A stretch of 63,770 bases of DNA, the filler included, from an uncultured bacterium (lineage in GTDB: Bacteria; CAZDME01; JAYEMH01), in NCBI GenBank assembly GCA_964506785.1. It is 4 parts of 4 records of this genome, joined end to end, with 100 filler letters (N's around TTAATTAATTAA, not from the genome) between each part and the next. Parts side by side here need not be neighbours in the genome. Positions count along the whole stretch, not along the records: positions 54,788 to 63,770 come from CAZDME010000053.1; 3 more parts are not named here. The stretch is one strand, 5' to 3'. The notes beneath the pieces were generated by a model. That model was not told the origin of the DNA and did no database searches. It saw only the letters and a program-made list of their open reading frames with translations. Both the position numbers and the translations under genes were made by a program. Shown here piece after piece: positions 60,701 through 63,770 of the stretch (position 1 is the stretch's first letter; each line of letters opens with the position of its first letter).

Positions 60701-63700
60701 TGTCAATTATAAATAAATTTTCTCCCTTGGCTTGTTTTTCCCATAACTCAAGGATTTTTTCAAACTCTTTCCCCTCCGCAGACTTTGATACCACTTTATA
60801 TCTAAGCTTCTTAACAAATGCGCTTTCTTTCTCAGCCTGACGCGTTGACACCCGGCTTAAAACGTTTTTAATGTGATTTAATAAATACCTTTGGGAAATG
60901 ATTTTCTGAAAGAAAGGATTGATTTGCTTGAGAAGTGCTGGAACTGCGGAGAAAAATTCCCTACCCCCCCGGAAGGAATTCCATTTCTTACGCCCGGGCG
61001 GCGGCATATCTTCTTCTAAAATCTCCTCTTCCGAAAGTTCACTTAAATATTCTTCTACGGCCGCGACTATCTCCTCTTCTGGAATTTCTAAATATTTACC
61101 AAGCTCTTCGATTAATTGTTTTGGATTATCTTTAGCCAACTTAGCCAGCTCTTTATTCGTCCTTATCATCTCCCCTACATTTAAGGCCGCCGCTCCGCCG
61201 TCTTTATAGGGGGAAGAAATTTTTATTTCATTGCGTTCCCGGATATAATCGAAACGCTCCCTAAATTCCGCCATAGCCTCTTTGATATATTCTCGCTTGC
61301 CGGCCGTGAGAAAATCAGCTTCTATTTTATCTAAAAGAATATATATCTGTTGGACCAGCATTTCAAATTCTTCCTCGTCTCTTCCAGATAATCGAAGGAT
61401 TTGCTTCAATCTATATGAGAAATCGTTTGCGTGGCGTCTCATACTATTTCCTTCTATATCGGTTACAGTTATTTCAAAAAACGGCTTAAGAGGATTAAGA
61501 ATTTCATCATAATCTATCCCTATCATACTGCAGACAATATGTCCCAAAAATTTCCGCTTTAAGGCATCTTCCCATTCATGTCCTTCAATAAAATCAAAAA
61601 ATTCAACCGCGCCCTTTACATCGATGTCCTTTCCCCAGGCAAAAGGCCATATTTTTGTATCGCTGTCTAAAAGAATAAATTCGTTCCATTGCTTCTCCTG
61701 AAAAACTTCCTTTACTGCTAATTCAATCCCCATATTCCGGTAACCCTTCTCAAACCACATCTCGCTTACCTTGCCTTCTTTATAACTCAACCAGCCTATA
61801 CGTTTGTTATCAAGAGAAATCCACATTTTCCCCTTTGAGCTATCTATTTCTTCTAAAAAAAGATTTTCTTTGATTGCTTTACTATTGGGAATTTTAATCT
61901 CTTCTGACTGCCCAATTTGCTTCCCTCTCTCGGAATAAAAAGTAACTTCAAAATTAAGATAAGTTGCCAAACCGTCTAAACTGCTTTTTACCTTTTCACT
62001 TAACTTAACCCAATAAATCCCCCGGAGCTGACGGTAAGGTCTTTTTTCTCCCGTCTTCGGATTAACCCTCCAGTACTCTTCAGATTCGCCTGTTAATTCT
62101 ACTAATCTATTTAGGACCGTTTGTTCATTGCTTATTTTCTTAAAGACCTTTTCTCTAATAACATTTAAAAATCCATCGGCAACAGAATCGCTGGAACTGA
62201 ACTTCACCCTGATTAATTTGACTTCCGGTTTATCCTTGAGCTCATCCAGAATTTTCTCTTGAAGCTTTTTTCTCAGTGCCGGGGGAATGAAACTGTAGGA
62301 ACCTTCTGAAAATTCAAACTTTTTCCCGGCCACACCGATAATAACCGGCGATAATGATTTAAAAAACATGGAAGTTTCTTTGTCTGAAGAATCAGCGTCA
62401 CTAAATATCTTTACCTCTCGCATCATCCGATAGGCCTCTAAAACTGCCCATCCATAAACTGAAGCCTGATAATACCTGGAATTACTTCGTTTCTTATTCC
62501 TATAAACTTCATAATCAAAAGGAGGCCTCCAGTACCCATCACCTAACGCCTCCTTCATATAAGGGGTGGACGTATAGCTGGCTGCCAGGCTGACTATTAA
62601 TTCATCGAAATTTTCATCCCGGCGCCACTTTCTATAATCTTCTTTTAATACTGACAAATCGGGCAAACCGTCCTGCTTCTTCATCTCGGCTCCAAGGTTA
62701 GACAGGTATCTAATATATTTAGCGGCCGCTTTCACATTAAAGCTATCATCAAGTAATAACCTGCTAAGTTTAAAATCGCCGATTTCTTTTAACTCTGGAT
62801 AAAGCATACGTACCGTTTCTTTAGAAACCTGTCCCCAGCCTATTGTTCTTTTTCCGCCTAACATACCGGTTAAATCAGTATATTCCTCGAATTTTCTTAA
62901 ATCCTGCTCCTCCATAAATAAAACAGCCGCTAAGAAACAGGGATCAATGTTATTGGCAGCGGCTTCTTTAATAATCAAGGTTTTGTTTTTCTCAACCCGC
63001 TCTAAGGGTTCAATAAGAGCGGTTAACTGTTTAAAAATTACATTTAACTGGTCTTTCTTAGATAAGCTGGGTTTATTTTTAAACATATTATTCATTCTTA
63101 TTACAAACCGCCTGACTGGGTTATCGTTTTGTATCAATTCCAGAGTTTTAAATCTTAATCTATCCTGCTCGGCTACATTTTTAAATCCCTTATATAAAGC
63201 CCCCGCAAACCCTGCGGAAGCTCCCATCGCCCCTAAAACCATAATAGTATTTTTGAAGAATTTTCGCCGGGAAAACGATTTTGGGCCTTCAAATGCTTTA
63301 CCCTGATACATAGTTACACCTATACCAACCGCCGCTCCCAAAGCACTCCCGCCAATAATCAAAGATAAATTACTCACTGCCGGCAGCACCAATCCGGCCC
63401 CAAAAGTACCAGCCGGCCATAACAAAACACTCAGTAAAGCTACGCTAAAAAATAATTTAGTTTGACGGCGATTCTTACTGAACCAAGTCCTTTTAGCTTT
63501 TTCTTTTCTTTCTTTGGTTATTCTTTCGTACACCTCCTGGCGCAGCTCTTTTTGAGACATAATATCAATCACTTTAGCAAAATGGCTGTTGGCAACGGTA
63601 CTGCTTGTCTCTTCAGCACCTAAAGCCGCATACATAATAGATGCTACCCGGCCAAAGAAAACAACCTGGAGGGCTCTTACTACCTCTCTTTTCTCCATAG

Positions 63701-63770
63701 AGGTATCGGCTTTATTATAGGCATAAATAAGGTCTATAAGAAGCTCTGCCCAGAGTTCATCGCTAATTAA
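54788..63770 (-). CDS. Fragment of a giant multidomain protein (about 3000 aa visible, open at both ends)
   Basis: Frame stays open from 63770 (LISDELWAELL...) to the gap; TM clusters, lysozyme-like, GNAT-like, RelA/SpoT, ParB-like and HExxH modules recognised by motif. Confidence 0.9.
56696..56723. repeat. 28-bp direct repeat, copy 1 (encodes APSLLANVF)
   Basis: TAAATACATTCGCCAAGAGGGAGGGAGC, identical to 57293-57320. Confidence 0.95.
56767..56795 (+). promoter_or_regulatory. Sigma70 promoter inside the giant ORF (antisense)
   Basis: TTGACA-17 bp-TACGAT, 7 nt before ATG 56803. Confidence 0.7.
56803..57042 (+). CDS. Nested antisense gene, 79-aa coiled-coil protein
   Basis: MENRDK...VLIENLRAEFRHVGENL...RLTRIE heptad pattern; own promoter; the giant-ORF translation here looks like an antisense read. 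Confidence 0.7.
   Translation: MENRDKTAFTAREVAVLIENLRAEFRHVGENLKALRDKVETVRENQAETLEKISAIELRLTRIENDFVKRLATLESFHK
57293..57320. repeat. 28-bp direct repeat, copy 2
   Basis: Identical to 56696-56723. Confidence 0.95.

Noticed and set aside
2192..63306. Many short ORFs opposite or within long genes (e.g. 12066-12542, 37621-38115, 57933-58421)
   Set aside because: Shadow frames with antisense-like composition and no promoter or RBS; only 56803-57042 has independent support.

Overview
Four pieces of a draft bacterial genome joined by artificial 100-bp N-TTAATTAATTAA-N linkers (18720-18819, 37078-37177, 54688-54787), so adjacency across the linkers is not evidence. Almost all genes are on the minus strand. 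Housekeeping content: groESL, a Re-citrate-synthase-like/LeuCD-like/isocitrate-dehydrogenase-like operon, serA plus an aminotransferase, lon, leuS, fmt-yugP-rsmB-PASTA, an opp/dpp ABC transporter, argCJ, uvrA, mutM, nadX-nadA, panBCD, folK, the DapL lysine pathway and four tRNAs. Accessory content: an IS256 relic, an AbiE type IV TA pair, a c-di-GMP-I riboswitch ahead of two large secreted proteins, an SGNH-TPR gene, an exonuclease-WYL fusion and a roughly 3000-aa fragment of a giant multidomain protein. This content suggests Omnitrophota or a relative (inference only). Three signals stand out. (1) A family of elements with ACCC(C)GTTAGA terminal inverted repeats inserts in frame into folK, rewrites the argJ C-terminus and brackets the whole AbiE cassette. 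(2) The giant mosaic protein carries lysozyme-like, GNAT, hydrolase-dead RelA/SpoT, ParB-like and HExxH modules with repeated linkers, and hides a complete antisense gene with its own promoter between 28-bp direct repeats. (3) A riboswitch-controlled TIKI/ChaN-like 'HIQDAH' protein could process such polyproteins. All protein calls come from motif recognition by eye; no searches were run.
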